A stretch of DNA of 64,000 bases from Octopus vulgaris (lineage: Eukaryota): the NCBI GenBank assembly GCA_951406725.2, contig OX597826.1:71982001-72046000 (forward strand), written 5' to 3'. Each line of letters opens with the position of its first letter. Position 1 is the stretch's first letter. The translations under genes were made by a program, and so were the position numbers. Of this stretch, positions 40,690-53,775 are shown piece after piece. A model generated the notes under the pieces. That model saw only the letters and a program-made list of their open reading frames with translations. It was not told the DNA's origin and did not search any database.

Positions 40690-41068
40690 TTTTATTCTTT
40701 TACTTGTTTCAGTCATTTGACTGCAGCCATGCTCAGGATTTATTCTTCGTAAACCTAGTACTTATTCTATCAGTCTCTTTTGCTGAACTGCTCAGTTACG
40801 GAGATGTAAACACACCACCATCGGTTTTCAAGCAATGGTGGGAGACAAACATGGACATATACACAGCTATATACACACACACACACACACACATATATGC
40901 ATATATACGACAGGCTTCTTTCAGTTTCGGTCTATCAAATCCACTTACAAGGCTTTGGTCGGCCCAAGGCTATAGCAGAAGATACTTGCCCAAGGTCCCA
41001 GGCAGTGGGACTGAACCCAGAACCATGTGATTGGGAAGCAAGCTTCTTACTACACAGCCACCCCTGCA
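40684..41068 (-). mobile_element. SINE family B
   Basis: Reverse copy, tail-to-tail with the B fragment at 40395-40612. Confidence 0.88.
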
Positions 41069-41215
41069 TGTTTGGGGTCTAAAGATATGCTGTAAGGCTA
41101 AACTCCTTATGAGTGAGAAACCCAGGGTAACCCCATAAACCAGCCTACTCCACTATAATATTAACTGCTCTACATCTTAGAGTGTACTTCTCCGGATTTA
41201 TGTATTTCTACAAAC

Positions 41216-41760
41216 AATGCATGCATACATACATACATACATACATATGTACATATGTACATGCATACATACATATATGCATACATACATACATACATAC
41301 ATACATACATACATTCATACATACATTCATACATACATACATACATACATACATGCATGCATACATGCATACATACATACATACATACATACATTCATAC
41401 ATACATTCATACATACATACATACATACATACATACATACATACATTCATACATGCATACATACATACATACATACATACATACATTCATACATACATAC
41501 ATACATGCATACATACATACATACATACATACATACATACATTCATACATACATTCATACATACATACATACATACATACATACATACATACATGCATGC
41601 ATACATGCATACATGCATACATACATGCATACATACATACATACATACATGCATGCATGCATGCATACATACATACATACATACATACATACATACATTC
41701 ATCCATACATTCATACATACATTCATACATACATTCATACATACATACATACATACAAAT
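41216..41760. repeat. (TACA)n tetranucleotide microsatellite with TGCA/TTCA variants
   Basis: Direct reading. Confidence 0.98.
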
Positions 41761-42186
41761 GTATATATATAAATACATTCATACATAGATTTCCATACAT
41801 GCATGCATACTTACATAAACATATACACACACATCTATGTTGCCTTTTCTTTGTCATGCTCTTTGTGTGTGTGTGTATGTGTGTTTATATATGTTTGCAC
41901 ACATTCACATGTATATACTACTATGTTTATAAATACACACATGATATTCAAACGCATATATGCACACATACAATTCCAGTCTTAGAAAGAAATGCTATTT
42001 TCTCCAGTTTTAGCAAAAATTTGTAATTCACAGATTATTGAATTTCTTTCACATCATTGTTGTTATTCGTTCTATCTCCCTCCACAAATACTACTACTAC
42101 TACTACTACTACTGCTACTGCTACTACTACTACTACTACATCCAGAATTCCACTAGCAGCACTCATCTCCTCATCCACCTCAGATA

Positions 42187-42220
<34 letters not shown>

Positions 42221-43239
42221 TCCTTCCCCCCTCCACCCTCATCTAAACAACAACCACCACCCCCCATCCCTCCCTCTCCCCTTTTCCTCTCACAACGCCA
42301 TCATCCGAACTGCATCTCATCTCTACCACCCTTGCAATAAAATCAACAACAATACCCCCATCCTCATCTTTTTTTCTCCACCACCCCTGCTTCCAACAAC
42401 AACAACAACAACGACACCATCGCCACGTTTTCCCCCCTCACCCATCGCCACGCTTTCCCCTCACTCTCACAGTCAAAACAACGCTTTCTCAATTCAGGTT
42501 ACAAAAATAAAATAAATATATAAAAGGATTGAATTATTTTTATATTTTTATTTACATGTATAAAAAAAAAACAAAATGAAACGGAGAGGTGGGAGGTATC
42601 AATATACCACACACTGAAACACGTTGCTATGAACGATTGCCAGAGCAAATGGTTGCTAAAGCCATAAAGTACCATAAAGTAGAGGCCACTCTATCACGTA
42701 CTTCGACTATCTTTTACCCTGTAGTGTTGATGAAAACCCTTATTGATTCTTCAATGGCACTGGTTGTTACCAACAGTCATCATCACCATCGTTTAATGTC
42801 CTTTTCCATGCTAGCATGGGTTGGACGGTTCAACCGGGGTCTGGGAAGCCAGGAGGCTGCACCAGGCTCCAGTCTGATCTGGCAGTGTTTCTACAGCTGG
42901 AAGCCCTTCCTAATGCCAACCACTCCATGAGTGTAGTGAGTGCTTTTTACGTGCCACCAGCACAGTGGCCAGAGGAGACTGGCAAACGGCCACGATCAGT
43001 TGGTGCTTTTACGTGTCACCAACACGGACGCCAGTCAGGCAACGCTGGCATCTGCCACATTCGGACTATTTCCAGTAGAGATGTATACTTGCAGTTTCTT
43101 GCCATTTTTGGCCCTCGCATCACAGAATTCTAATAAAGAAAACGCTACTTCTGAGAAATGAAAATGCCAATGGCAGTGGTATCTGAAACCAACAAGTGAC
43201 CTTGAGGTGCATGAAACCTGCAAAACAGAAAAGAAAATG

Positions 43240-43579
43240 TAAGACCCTGCTTTGGTCACAAATGACCATGGGATTGCACCTAGAAAGTTCCCCTCCAAGG
43301 TACCAGTCCGGGCAAGGTTGTTTATGAAGACCAGCAGTCGCCCATGCATACCAGCCTCCCTTCTTCATGCCACCGATTTTATCCAAGAGAAAGGCAAAGG
43401 GGGCCGATACAACTTGGCACCAGTGACATCACAACTCATTTCTACAGCTGAGTGAACTGGCGCAACATGAAATTAAATGTCTTGCTCAAGAATACAGCAC
43501 AGAGCCCAGTCCAGGAATCAAACTCATTGCCTCATGATTGTAAGCCTGACACTCTAACCATTGAGTCATGCACCTTCAC
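43240..43579 (-). mobile_element. tRNA-derived SINE family F, tail type 2
   Basis: Minus-strand head gtgaaggtgcatgactcaatggttagagtg...gagtttgattcc, then ttcttgagcaagacattt. Confidence 0.8.
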
Positions 43580-43867
43580 ATTCATGAAATTTAAGTTACC
43601 CCAGATGAAGCAACCTAGTTTTCATACCATCACTGAGGCTCAGCACTGTGGACTGCAAGACTGCTTAAATGCCAACCGATACTAGAGACTGCTTGATTAG
43701 GCTATTCCAGTGTATTGAGGGCATCTCCTAACACTGAAATAACCCATTGGTGTATAATAACTTCTTGAATGAATCTCTTGCCCACAGCTACATCTTAACA
43801 TTCAGCACATGTCAGGCCTGGCCTGTCCTGGCACTCTGTTGGTTATGGGGACAAGTGCTCCAGTTGG

Positions 43868-44121
43868 TCTCATCAACAGAACAGCCTGCTTATGAAATTA
43901 ACGTACAAATGGTTGAGCACTCCTCAGACACATGTACCCTCAATGTAGTTTTCAGGGAAAGTCAGTGTGATAGAGAATGTGACAAGGCTGGTTCACTTTT
44001 GTTAGCACAGTGGACTGGAGCAATGAAAAAATAAAGTATCTTACTCAAGGGCCACCAGGAATTGAACTTACAGCCTTATGATCATGAGCCAAATATCTAG
44101 TCATTAATCCACATGCCTTCT
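43868..44121 (-). mobile_element. tRNA-derived SINE family F, tail type 1
   Basis: Similar head; tail homologous to 60876-60930 plus 61411-61430 plus 61729-61906. Confidence 0.75.
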
Positions 44122-44207
44122 CAGCAGCATATGTCTAAGCACACATGAAGGGTTATACCCTCACTCAATAGACGCTATAGTTCAGAATGGTATGAATTTG
44201 GGATAAA

Positions 44208-44436
44208 GGCGGTGAGCTGGCAGAAACATTAGCACGCTGGGCGAAATGCTTAGTGGTATTTCGTCTGCCGTTACGTTCTGAGTTCAAATTCAGCCGAGGT
44301 CGACTTTGCCTTTCATCCTTTCAGGGTCGATTAAATAAGTACCAGTTACGCACTGGGGTAGATATAATCAACTTAATCCATTTGTCTGTCCTTGTTTGTC
44401 CTCTCTGTGTTAGCCCCTTGTGGGTAGTAAAGAAAT
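44208..44436 (+). mobile_element. SINE family A, reference copy with 15-bp TSD
   Basis: TSD tggtatgaatttggg at 44188-44202 and 44437-44451; A-box-like agctggcaga, B-box gagttcaaatt. Confidence 0.93.
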
Positions 44437-45167
44437 TGGTATGAATTTGGGCCAGCAGAAGGCAAATGTGCTAATACTACTCCATCACTCTAACCGAACA
44501 AGATATTGTCGATTTTGAGTGTCTCACAAGCAGACACACAACATGTCCTTCGACAGCTGTCTCATCCAAATTTCACAACTATATTCCTGATGTCACTGTA
44601 GTATAAACATCAAAATAGGTCATTCAATCCTGCAAAAGAGGTCTAAAGATGAGGCAGATCTTTGTAGTATTTGAATTGATCCTTTCAACCAATGTCGCTG
44701 TAGCATGCAGTGATGTAATATGCACTAGTTTTGCAATGGAAGATGATCTCCTGATTCCCAGGCCTCCGATTATTGGTAGAATGGCCTGTAACCAACTGTT
44801 ACTATTGAAACTAATGTTGTATATGTCAGTTAATATTGTCCTAATCAGTTAATCAATGCCAGTGAGATGATTAACTTTTTGGTACAGAGCAGATGTGTAG
44901 AGGACATTGTAAAGCAATTCTACAGCTTGATGTAAGCTGGACATGCATCCAAGTACTTCCATCTTTTAGTCATCCAGTCTTTATATATCATTGCTGCCTC
45001 TTTTTAAAAGAAACAATAGCTAATGCTTCTCTGTAGGATAGAAGACTGGGTATTTAGGGCTGCCAATCACATAAAAGAAGTGCCTGTTGAGATGTCCCTT
45101 AATCCACCACCACTTTTTTACATAATGCACAGTGCTACCAAATACTTCACAGCTTGACTATATGCAA

Positions 45168-45400
45168 GGCGGCGAGCTGGCAAAACCATTAGCACGCCGG
45201 GTGAAATGCTTAGCAGTATTTCGTCTGCAGCTACGTTCAGAGTTCAAATTCCACTGAGGTTGACTTTGCCTTTCATCCTTTCGGGGTCGATAAATAAAGT
45301 ACCAGTTTCGCACCACTGGGGTCAATGTAATCGACTTAATCCCTTTGTCTGTCCTTGTTTGTCCCCTCTATGTTTAGCTCCTTGTGGGCAGTAAAGAAAT
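45168..45400 (+). mobile_element. SINE family A
   Basis: Colinear with 44208-44436; tatatgca on both flanks. Confidence 0.92.
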
Positions 45401-47254
45401 ATATATATGCATATTATATAACCACTGTTAAGTTTTTACTTTCTTATTTGACCCTTTGATTCCCTGTGGAACATAATCCATCGGCCACTTTTCTCTACTA
45501 TTCATGACTCTTGGCTGCCTTTTCTCTTGCTTTCCAGTTGGATCCTTGCTTTTTTCCTTGCAGCTTCCTTTCAGATTTTGCTGCACCTGGTCATATGTGT
45601 CCCTGAGGGAAGACCTATCTTTCCCAGGTCTTTCCAGTTTTGAATTACCATCAATGCTTCAGTAACTTTGTTTGATCTAAGTAAAGGTGTTGGTCCTACG
45701 CAAACCCATTTTCATTCCAGGGAAGGCGGGGTCCATATTAGTCTGGCCTCTATCCTTTGATCTGTCCAGCATGGAAAGTCCAACCAGGATCTTGCACTTT
45801 GCTGGTACAGCTCCCAGGGTCATTGAAGTACACCACAGTACAAAGAATACTGGACTTTGTGTTGGCATAATTAGTTTCACAAACTGTCATGGTTTAATAA
45901 TTAACTCATCGTGTTGATTAATGATTAAATCCTTGACCGATCACAAAACAGATCCACAGTTCATTGAGGCCAGAGTTTTGAACATATAACAGGTTCATAT
46001 GGGAATCATTCAATCCAGTGGTGTAATAAAATTAGTTTATTTTGAATTTTTCTTCACTAATTGATCATGGTTTTCATCTGAGAAGCTGGCAAATGTATCA
46101 TCCAATGAGATTCTTCGAACATCTCTGATATTGAAGTAAGCAAGCTTGGTATCTACTTGGAGATGAACAGTTTTGTTTCTTTAAGCTTAGTGATCAGGAT
46201 AGTTTGTGTAGGCGTCCACTTATGGAAGTTAGTGGCAAACACACTCATAGTAATATAATTATTGACTTGATATTTGATATTTATGGTAAGATTGTTTGTT
46301 TCTGCAGTCTCGGTTGAATTGTCAGAGTTGCTACTGATGTGAGGCGAGCAAATTTGTACCAGCTTGGTGTGGTGGTGTTTAAAGTGTTTGATAGCATTGT
46401 AGATATCAATAACCTTGACTCAACTCTCCTTCATTTCTACAAGAATAGAGGCTTTGTGAGAGGTTCCCCTCATGACCCTCTCACAGTGCTGTTGCCAGTT
46501 TTGAGGGAAAAGCAGAAAGGAGAAGAACTGAAGCCCAGAACTTGAAGGCAAAGTTGATCTGGACAGGTTTTGAACTCAGAATGCAAAGAGCCAGAAGACT
46601 TATGGCGAAGTATTTTATCCAATGCTCAAATGATTCTGCCAATTGACTGAAACACACACACACACACGCACACACACACACATACACACACTTGCACACA
46701 TATACATTTATATATGTACACACACACACTTACATATATATATATATGTACGCATACCTACACATACACACATGTACATATACACACACAAATACATAAA
46801 CATATGTACACATATATACAGATATATATCTACATACACACATACATATATATATACATATATATGTATGTATGTGTGCATATACATACATATATATATG
46901 CATGTATATGCACGACCATGCATGTGTGTGTATAGTATGTATGTAAGTATATATATATAAAGATGTTTATCATACAGAATGCTTGTAAAGAATCTCCCCT
47001 CCCCACCCCACCCCGGCACTCCATCCCATCATTGCTATTCTCCTCACAAACCTCTAATGTTCTCTCTATCCAAAGATCCATCATATGGAATTAAATAAAT
47101 TCTGTTAGGTTGTTCAGTTCTTAACAGTCTAATCTATTTACTCAACAGATTAGGCAAATGTGATTGCACAGAACTGTATTGATCAGATATAGATTATGGT
47201 ATGAACAGAGGGGGAAATAAAAAAAAATATATATAAAACAAAGGAAGAGAAATA

Positions 47255-47410
47255 GTCTAACCATGCCCATCTCTTATATATCAAGTCTGACAGTCTATAG
47301 TAAATAGTTTGAGTATACCCATCTCTGGTGTATCAAGACTGGCAGTTTAAAGCAAATAGTCAAACTCTGCCCATCTCTGGTATCTCAAGATTGGCAGTCT
47401 GTAGTAAATG
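47255..47410 (+). repeat. Tandem repeat of about 52 bp, 3 copies
   Basis: cccatctctggtatatcaagactggcagtctatagtaaatag variants. Confidence 0.8.
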
Positions 47411-47479
47411 AAGAGAATGCTTGTGTGTGAGAGAGAGAGAGAGAGGGCCAAGGGGGCTTGACCTATGTAGACTCCACAA

Positions 47480-48300
47480 AGGGACCAACAACTGAAATTG
47501 ACATCTGTATGGTCAGTCAAAATCCCAGTTATGTTATAAATGCAAAGAAAGCAAATGGACCGTTAGAGATAGTTGCTGAAATCCTGAAAATATCTGATGT
47601 GGTAGGTCACATGATAGTTGCTCACGTAGTTAATAATGCATTACTAGGAGGAAAGTATAAAACCTGATGACCAGCACAGGGCTATAATCAACTGCCACAG
47701 CAGCAAAAGAGATGCTCTAGGGAGAGTGAGAGGCAATTACAGTGGTATCAAATTGATGGATCAGGTTATGAAAGTTAGTAGAAAAACCATAGTACAACTG
47801 ATTAGAAAGAGAATTAGTTTAGATAAGATGCACTCACAGTGTATGCTACAATGGAGTACATCTGCTATCATATTCCTGATGAGAAAGCTGTAAAAGTAGT
47901 TAGCTAGGAGTCAGCTAGACTACCTAGCATGTATTGATCTAGAGAAAGCCTTTAGAGTCATTAAGAAAGCTATGGATAGGTGAATGGTTTGGAGAAGTTG
48001 TGTATGGAAGTGCTGTCAATAAGGATAAAGTTAGCTATGTGTTCAGCAAGGAATTCATCTCTGCTTTTAGTTTCCTTGGGTCTATTGTAGTCCTCCAATT
48101 CATAACAGGGAAGTTGAAAAGAGCTTGTGGGAAATCTTGTATTCCAATTACATAGTTCTCATAACTGAATTGGTCAATGATGAAGGGAACAAATTTGAAA
48201 CTTGGAAGCAAAACGTAGAATAGAGAGGCCTCTAAGTAAACCTGGCTAAGGCAGTGTATTTCTTGTTAACTATGAATGCACAAGAGATATTGTAGAATCC
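47480..48300 (+). pseudogene. Degenerate reverse-transcriptase region of an RTE-like LINE
   Basis: Remnants in order: KANGPLEIVAEILK, GNYSGIKLMDQVMKV, LACIDLEKAF, WEILYSNYIVLITE (decayed YADD), WKQNVE*RGL*VNLAK. Confidence 0.85.
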
Positions 48301-49150
48301 CAGGCAGGCTACAGAGTGTGTCGCAGATGGACAAGAGTAATTAGCAGAAAGACTTCACAAGAAATATATTCCTTCATAAAGATTAACCAGCTTTTGTAAT
48401 TGACACCAATGGATCTTAAAAGTGAGAATGGATACACACTATGAGAGGATATCAGTTATTGAAACCAAAGGATACTCAACGGTTAGCTTTCTTTATCGTT
48501 ATCCAATACTCTCTCATATTACTCCTTCCTCTGTCACTTACTGTTGACATCTATCAGTCTCTCCCGTCACTCTCTTACTTTACTCCCTCTTCAATCATTC
48601 TGCCTTCCCTCCCCTTCCATCACACTACTCATACAGATTCTATTTAATCTCCTTACCAACAACCATCATGTAGCTGTTTTATCATTTCTCTTACTCTTTC
48701 CTATTGTTCTCTTTCATTGCCCCCTCTTTTCTCCCCCTCTCAGACACATTGCTACTACTCAGTCATGGTGATTGTGTTGTCGTTGAATTTTGCATACTAA
48801 TTCTCTCTTTTGGTGGAAGTATTTCCATTTAAGGTCAAACACATGGCCAGTGGTGTAGAGCTGATTAAATCCAATACTTAAACAAGATTTTTATCTTATT
48901 GATCCCCAAAGGATGAAAGGTATAGTTCACTCCAATAGTATTTCAACAGAGAACTGAATACCCAGAAGGCATTATGTCCATCAGTGGAACAGTTGGACAT
49001 CATAACAGAAATGTAAGTACTCTGAAAATCCATTCTCCTTGGATTTCACTCTTAGAAACAATTTCTGTAAAGGCTTTTTGTTAACACTTGACAGTTATCA
49101 TGAGGAAATAAACATCAAAGACCAGAAGTTTACAGCCATACTGGAATGAA

Positions 49151-49198
<48 letters not shown>

Positions 49199-49307
49199 TA
49201 ATAATAATAAGGAAAGAGACCCTGTGAAATCTCTGATAGCAGGTTGCTGTCTGCTCTCACAGAATTAACCTAGGCAAATAAGAGAAAGAGCTCTGAGAAG
49301 CAAAATT

Positions 49308-49339
<32 letters not shown>

Positions 49340-49371
49340 GATGATGATGACGATGATGATGATGATGATGA

Positions 49372-49574
49372 TCCTTTCTACCATAGGCACAAGACATGAA
49401 ATCTTGGGGGTTGGGGCTAGTCGATTATATTGTTCCCAGTGTGTAACTAGTACTTATTTCATGAACCCCAAAAAGATGAACAGCTAATTTGAACTCAGAA
49501 CATAAGGGTGGATGAAATGCTGCAAAGCATTTTACCCAGCATGCTAACGATTCTACCAGTTTGCTGCCTTAATG

Positions 49575-49621
<47 letters not shown>

Positions 49622-49811
49622 TTCTCTATTTCTCTAAAGGCACAAGGCCATGAAATTTTTGGGGAGGGGACTAGTCGATTACATTGACCCCAGTATTTCA
49701 CTGGTACTTAATTTATCAACCCTGAAAGGACGAAAGGCAAATTTGACCTCAGAACATAGCAGCAGACAAAATACCACAAAGCATTTCATACAGTGTGCTA
49801 ACGATTCTGCA
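49372..49811 (-). mobile_element. Two tandem family A-related SINEs with an alternative tail
   Basis: Family A head and core with tail ggcacaaggcc-tgaaatttt-gggg; related copies at 50467-50617(-), 59037-59250 and 59257-59476. Confidence 0.8.
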
Positions 49812-49933
49812 GAAAGAGACCCTATAAGACCTCTGACAAAAGGTTGTTGTCCACTCTCGCAGGATTGACCAGAGCAAAGAAGACCGAGAGCTCTGAGAAG
49901 TAAAATAATAATAATAATAATAATAATAATAAG

Positions 49934-50432
49934 TGTTATCATGTACATTGCTTTGTCTTGGTATAAAAGATGGGCTACAGCAAATATTCTGCTCATTACC
50001 ACAGATTTGCTTGTCAGTTGTTTGACCATAACCAGTTGACCATGTCCCTTAGTGGCTGACGATATGTGCATCTCTGATCACGAGCAGAAGTAGTGGGGGA
50101 GCATCATAGCCGTGTATTGAAAGGAATTCTTGGAGGTTTGGATAATTCACCTTTGGAAACATGGGTAGTTCGTTCAACATCCTTAAACAATCCTTATTCA
50201 GGGATTTTTGAGCAGGATGGGCTACTCAACCAGAAGAAAATTCTAACTGGGCCCTACCTGCAAGGTCGTGTGCTGTTTATCTTGATATGAGATCACTATG
50301 TCGCACACGTTTGGTTGTGATGCATGTGCCCGGTGTACCCTTATCAGATGGGTAGTTATGATGGGTATACTGGTCTTCGTATATTTTAACCCAGTGTCAC
50401 TTTGATGGCATGCACTGCTCTCTCACTCAATA
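49934..50432 (+). mobile_element. Retroposon family G 3' region with (AAT)n tail
   Basis: Ends gcatgcactgctctctcactcaataat; inverted copy at 58698-58950. Confidence 0.8.
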
Positions 50433-50435
50433 ATG

Positions 50436-50467
<32 letters not shown>

Positions 50468-50936
50468 CCTTTCGACTCTGGTACTAATTTCATTAACTGC
50501 AAAAAGGATGAAAGGCAAACTCGACCTCAGCAGAATTTGAACTCAGAACATAAAGATGGACAAAAATGTCACTAAGTATTTTTGCCAGATGCAGTAACGA
50601 TTTTGCCAACTCAGCACCAGAGTCTAGGTCAAAATATTAAATACCAAAAGTTTAGGCAGTTTTGGATCAATTGACTAAATACAACAATACAAATACAAAA
50701 CGTATGCTTTATATTGATTGACATTGCTGTGTTGTGTTGACAGGAACGTGGATATATCAGAAGAGTTGACAAGGTGCAGACAAGGCAGTGTAGTTAAGCA
50801 GCTTGCTTTCCAACTATTTGGTTTTTGAGTTCAGTCCCACTGCATGGCAACTTGGGCAAGTGTCTTCTAGTATAGCATATATCCAACCAGTACTTGTGAG
50901 AGGATCTGGTAGTCAGAAACTGTATGGAGGCCCATC

Positions 50937-50994
<58 letters not shown>

Positions 50995-51149
50995 AAAAAA
51001 ATACAAACTGGGACAAGAACGCAAAACATTTAGAAGACGATACAAAAAACACGGACAGGACATTCTAAGCCTTCAATCTTCAGTCAAGAATCGGATCATC
51101 CTCGTAATTTCGGCTGATTAATCTAAGCCAAGCGCATTATATATATATG

Positions 51150-51640
51150 TAATTTCAAATTAATAATAAAAGGGAAAAATTAATCAATAAAATTAACTTA
51201 ATTAATTAATTAATTAATCAATCAATTAATTAATAATTTTACCAAGTAGATGATCAGTATGTTAAAATAACCTTGTGTGTTAATGTCATGGAGAGTCTTA
51301 CAATAGTAGAAAAGGAATTTTTAACTCCTATTTCTAAATTCGATATGTGGTGAAGCAATTAGCTGACCCCTAATTATAATTATGTTTATAATTATAGAAT
51401 ATTTGTGTGAGTATATATATATACAACTTATAAACAAGAGCAAAAGAAAAAACTTTCTAATGCCAAATATGCCAAAACTAGACACATCATCCATAACCAT
51501 ATAATTCATCACTATAAGCACGCATCTCAAAGAAAGCCGACAGAAATTTCTAAAAAATTCCGTTATTATCATATCAGACCCAATTTCAGAGTTAATTCAT
51601 TAGAACCTTCTCTTCGTCAGTGATAAATGCAGCAAAGAAA
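51150..51640 (-). mobile_element. (TA)n-embedded AT-rich element with hammerhead motif (Penelope-like candidate)
   Basis: 51170-51410 homologous to parts of 33494-33930; hammerhead at 51572-51625. Confidence 0.6.
51572..51625 (-). ncRNA. Type I hammerhead-like motif with GUC triplet
   Basis: Minus strand tatca-CTGACGA-agag-(18 nt)-ctct-GAAA-ttgg-GTC-tgata. Confidence 0.68.
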
Positions 51641-51885
51641 TATATATATATATACATGTATGTATGCATGTATGTATGTATATATAATTGCCTGAAATGG
51701 TCGTGACTTCTGGAACTTGACTGAGGAAAGAAAGCCACGAATAACCCGTCTTTTTTTGCCTGTCCTTCTAATTGTTGTTTCTCTTCTCCGTCTTTATATC
51801 ATCCATCTGTCCAAATGTTTTAATGTCCTCTATTGTGTTTTTGTTCCATTTTTATATTTATATATATATGTATATATAGTATATA

Positions 51886-52283
51886 TCCTTTTATTCTTTT
51901 ACTTGTTTCAGTGCTCCATGGTGGAGCACTGCCTTGAGGGGTTTTAGCTGAAGAAATCAACCCCAGGACTTATTTTCTGTAAGTCTGGTACTTATTCTAT
52001 CGGTCTCTTTTGCCAAACCACTAAGTTACGGGGACGTAAAGACACCAGTATCGGTTGTCAAGTGATGGTGGAAGGACAAATACAAACACAAAGACACATA
52101 CACACACACAGAGAAACGACAGGCTTCTTTCAGTTTCCTTCTACCAAAATCCACTCACAAGGCTTTGGTTGGCTGAGGCTATAGCAGAAGACACTTCTTG
52201 TCCAAGGTGTCACGCAATGGGACTGAACCCAGAATCATGTGGTTGGGAAGCAAGCTTCTTATCACATAGCCATACCCGTGCCT
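51886..52283 (-). mobile_element. SINE family B
   Basis: Reverse copy of 38638-39050. Confidence 0.88.
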
Positions 52284-52388
52284 ATATATATCAAAGTGAT
52301 AAGAGTTAACACATGAAACTCTCAGTCCCTGAGTCACTTCGTTGCTTCTGCTAAATAACAATAATAATAATAATAAAAATAATAATAA

Positions 52389-52448
<60 letters not shown>

Positions 52449-52884
52449 TATATATATATATATATATATATTTATTCATGTTCTGAGTTCTATTTTTCAT
52501 GTTTGCATCACTAAACCTATATACGTGTGTGTGTGCACGTTCGTGCATGCATGTGTGTGTGTAAGTGTGTGTGTGTGTGTCAGTGTGTGTAAGTGTGTGT
52601 GTGTGTGTGTGCGTAAATGTAGAGTATTCTTTGATACATTATAACTGTAAGGCTCCGATTTCCTGTATTGTGAATTGCTCATTTCTGATAATCAGTCTGT
52701 AATCTGAGCCAGGTTTTCTTTTGAAATATTCACTGTTTGAATTTTTTTTTTTGAAATATGATATGAAAGATTGATAGAAATGCTTATTCATATATTCTTT
52801 TGTTTAAAAACCTTTGTATGCATGTGTGTATTCATATATATATATATTTATTTATTTATATATTTATATATATATATATTTATA

Positions 52885-53763
52885 CATGGTCTGATCAATA
52901 AGTATTCTGTTGCCATAGTAACGAAGCTAAAGCACGCAGAGTGAACCCACTTGACACAGATTAACCTTGGACTCTGCTCTGCAATTGCACTAAGTTTTAA
53001 CATTCTAGCACACTTCCGTAGTTTACAGCAGTGCTTGGAAGGAAGTTGTGTAGCATGTGATCGCCACATTGATCATGACGAAGTTGAGCAGAGAATCTGC
53101 ATCAAATTTAGCCAAAAGCCTGGCGATACCTGTTCAGAGGCTTATGCAAAGTTTTCAAAAAGTTTTCATCATTCTCGACACATTCAAGGTGGTCTTATGC
53201 AACTGAAACCCGAGTGTCTTTTTGGCCAGCTGAAAGCAGTTTTGGCACCAACTTGGCAGACATGCATCTCATACCCAAATCTTCAGTGATGATGGACTGA
53301 ACTGAACTTTAACTAATCTGCACATTCTCTGATAACTCACGGATGGTGATTCGATGATTTCCCCTCACAGCTGCATGCACATCTGCGATGTTTTTCTCAG
53401 TTCTGCTGGTTGCGGGTCTCCCAGAATGTGCGTCAATATCAACATTTTTTCAGCCATCTTGGAAGCCTCTGAAATACTTGGGTGTGGATCATACACTCCT
53501 CTCCATACACTTTCTGCAACTTTGTGTTGGTCTCTGAGCAGGTATCGCCATGACAACTTTCTCTGTCTAGGTCATTGTGACAACCACACACTATAGACCT
53601 TCAAACCAAGCACTGCTGTAGACAGCAGAAGTGAGCTAGAATGTTAAAACTTGGTGCACATGCACAGCAGAGTTCAAGGTCAATCTGTGCTAAGTGGCTT
53701 TGCCTTGCATGCTTTAGCTTCGTTACTATGGCAACAGTCCATATACTTATTGATCAGATCTCA
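52885..53763. mobile_element. Non-autonomous mariner built from two left ends
   Basis: TA-flanked ends ggtctgatcaataagta / tacttattgatcagatc; inverted homology over about 250 bp; + strand EQRICIKFSQKPGDTCSEAYAK; - strand SGRPATSRTEKNIADVHAAVRGNHRITIRELSENVQIS*SSVQSIITEDLGMRCMSAKLVPKLLS. Confidence 0.9.
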
Positions 53764-53775
53764 TATATATATATA

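Larger units (their letters stand above)
42600..45165 (-). mobile_element. Degenerate RLE-type (CRE-like) non-LTR retrotransposon split by four internal retroposon insertions
   Basis: Ordered minus-strand remnants: KSGGGLRDISTG (RT start), LIRTILTDIYNISFNSNSWLQAILPIIGGLGIRR (thumb region), CSCG, HWNSLIKQSLVSVGI*AVLQSTVLSLSDGMK (pre-endonuclease), QPFALAIVHSN (C-terminus); stops and deletions. Confidence 0.7.

Noticed and set aside
50995-51135. Further hammerhead in a TA-flanked insert (cagccGAAA on the minus strand)
   Set aside because: The upstream CTGANGA and stem I are missing; at best a truncated remnant
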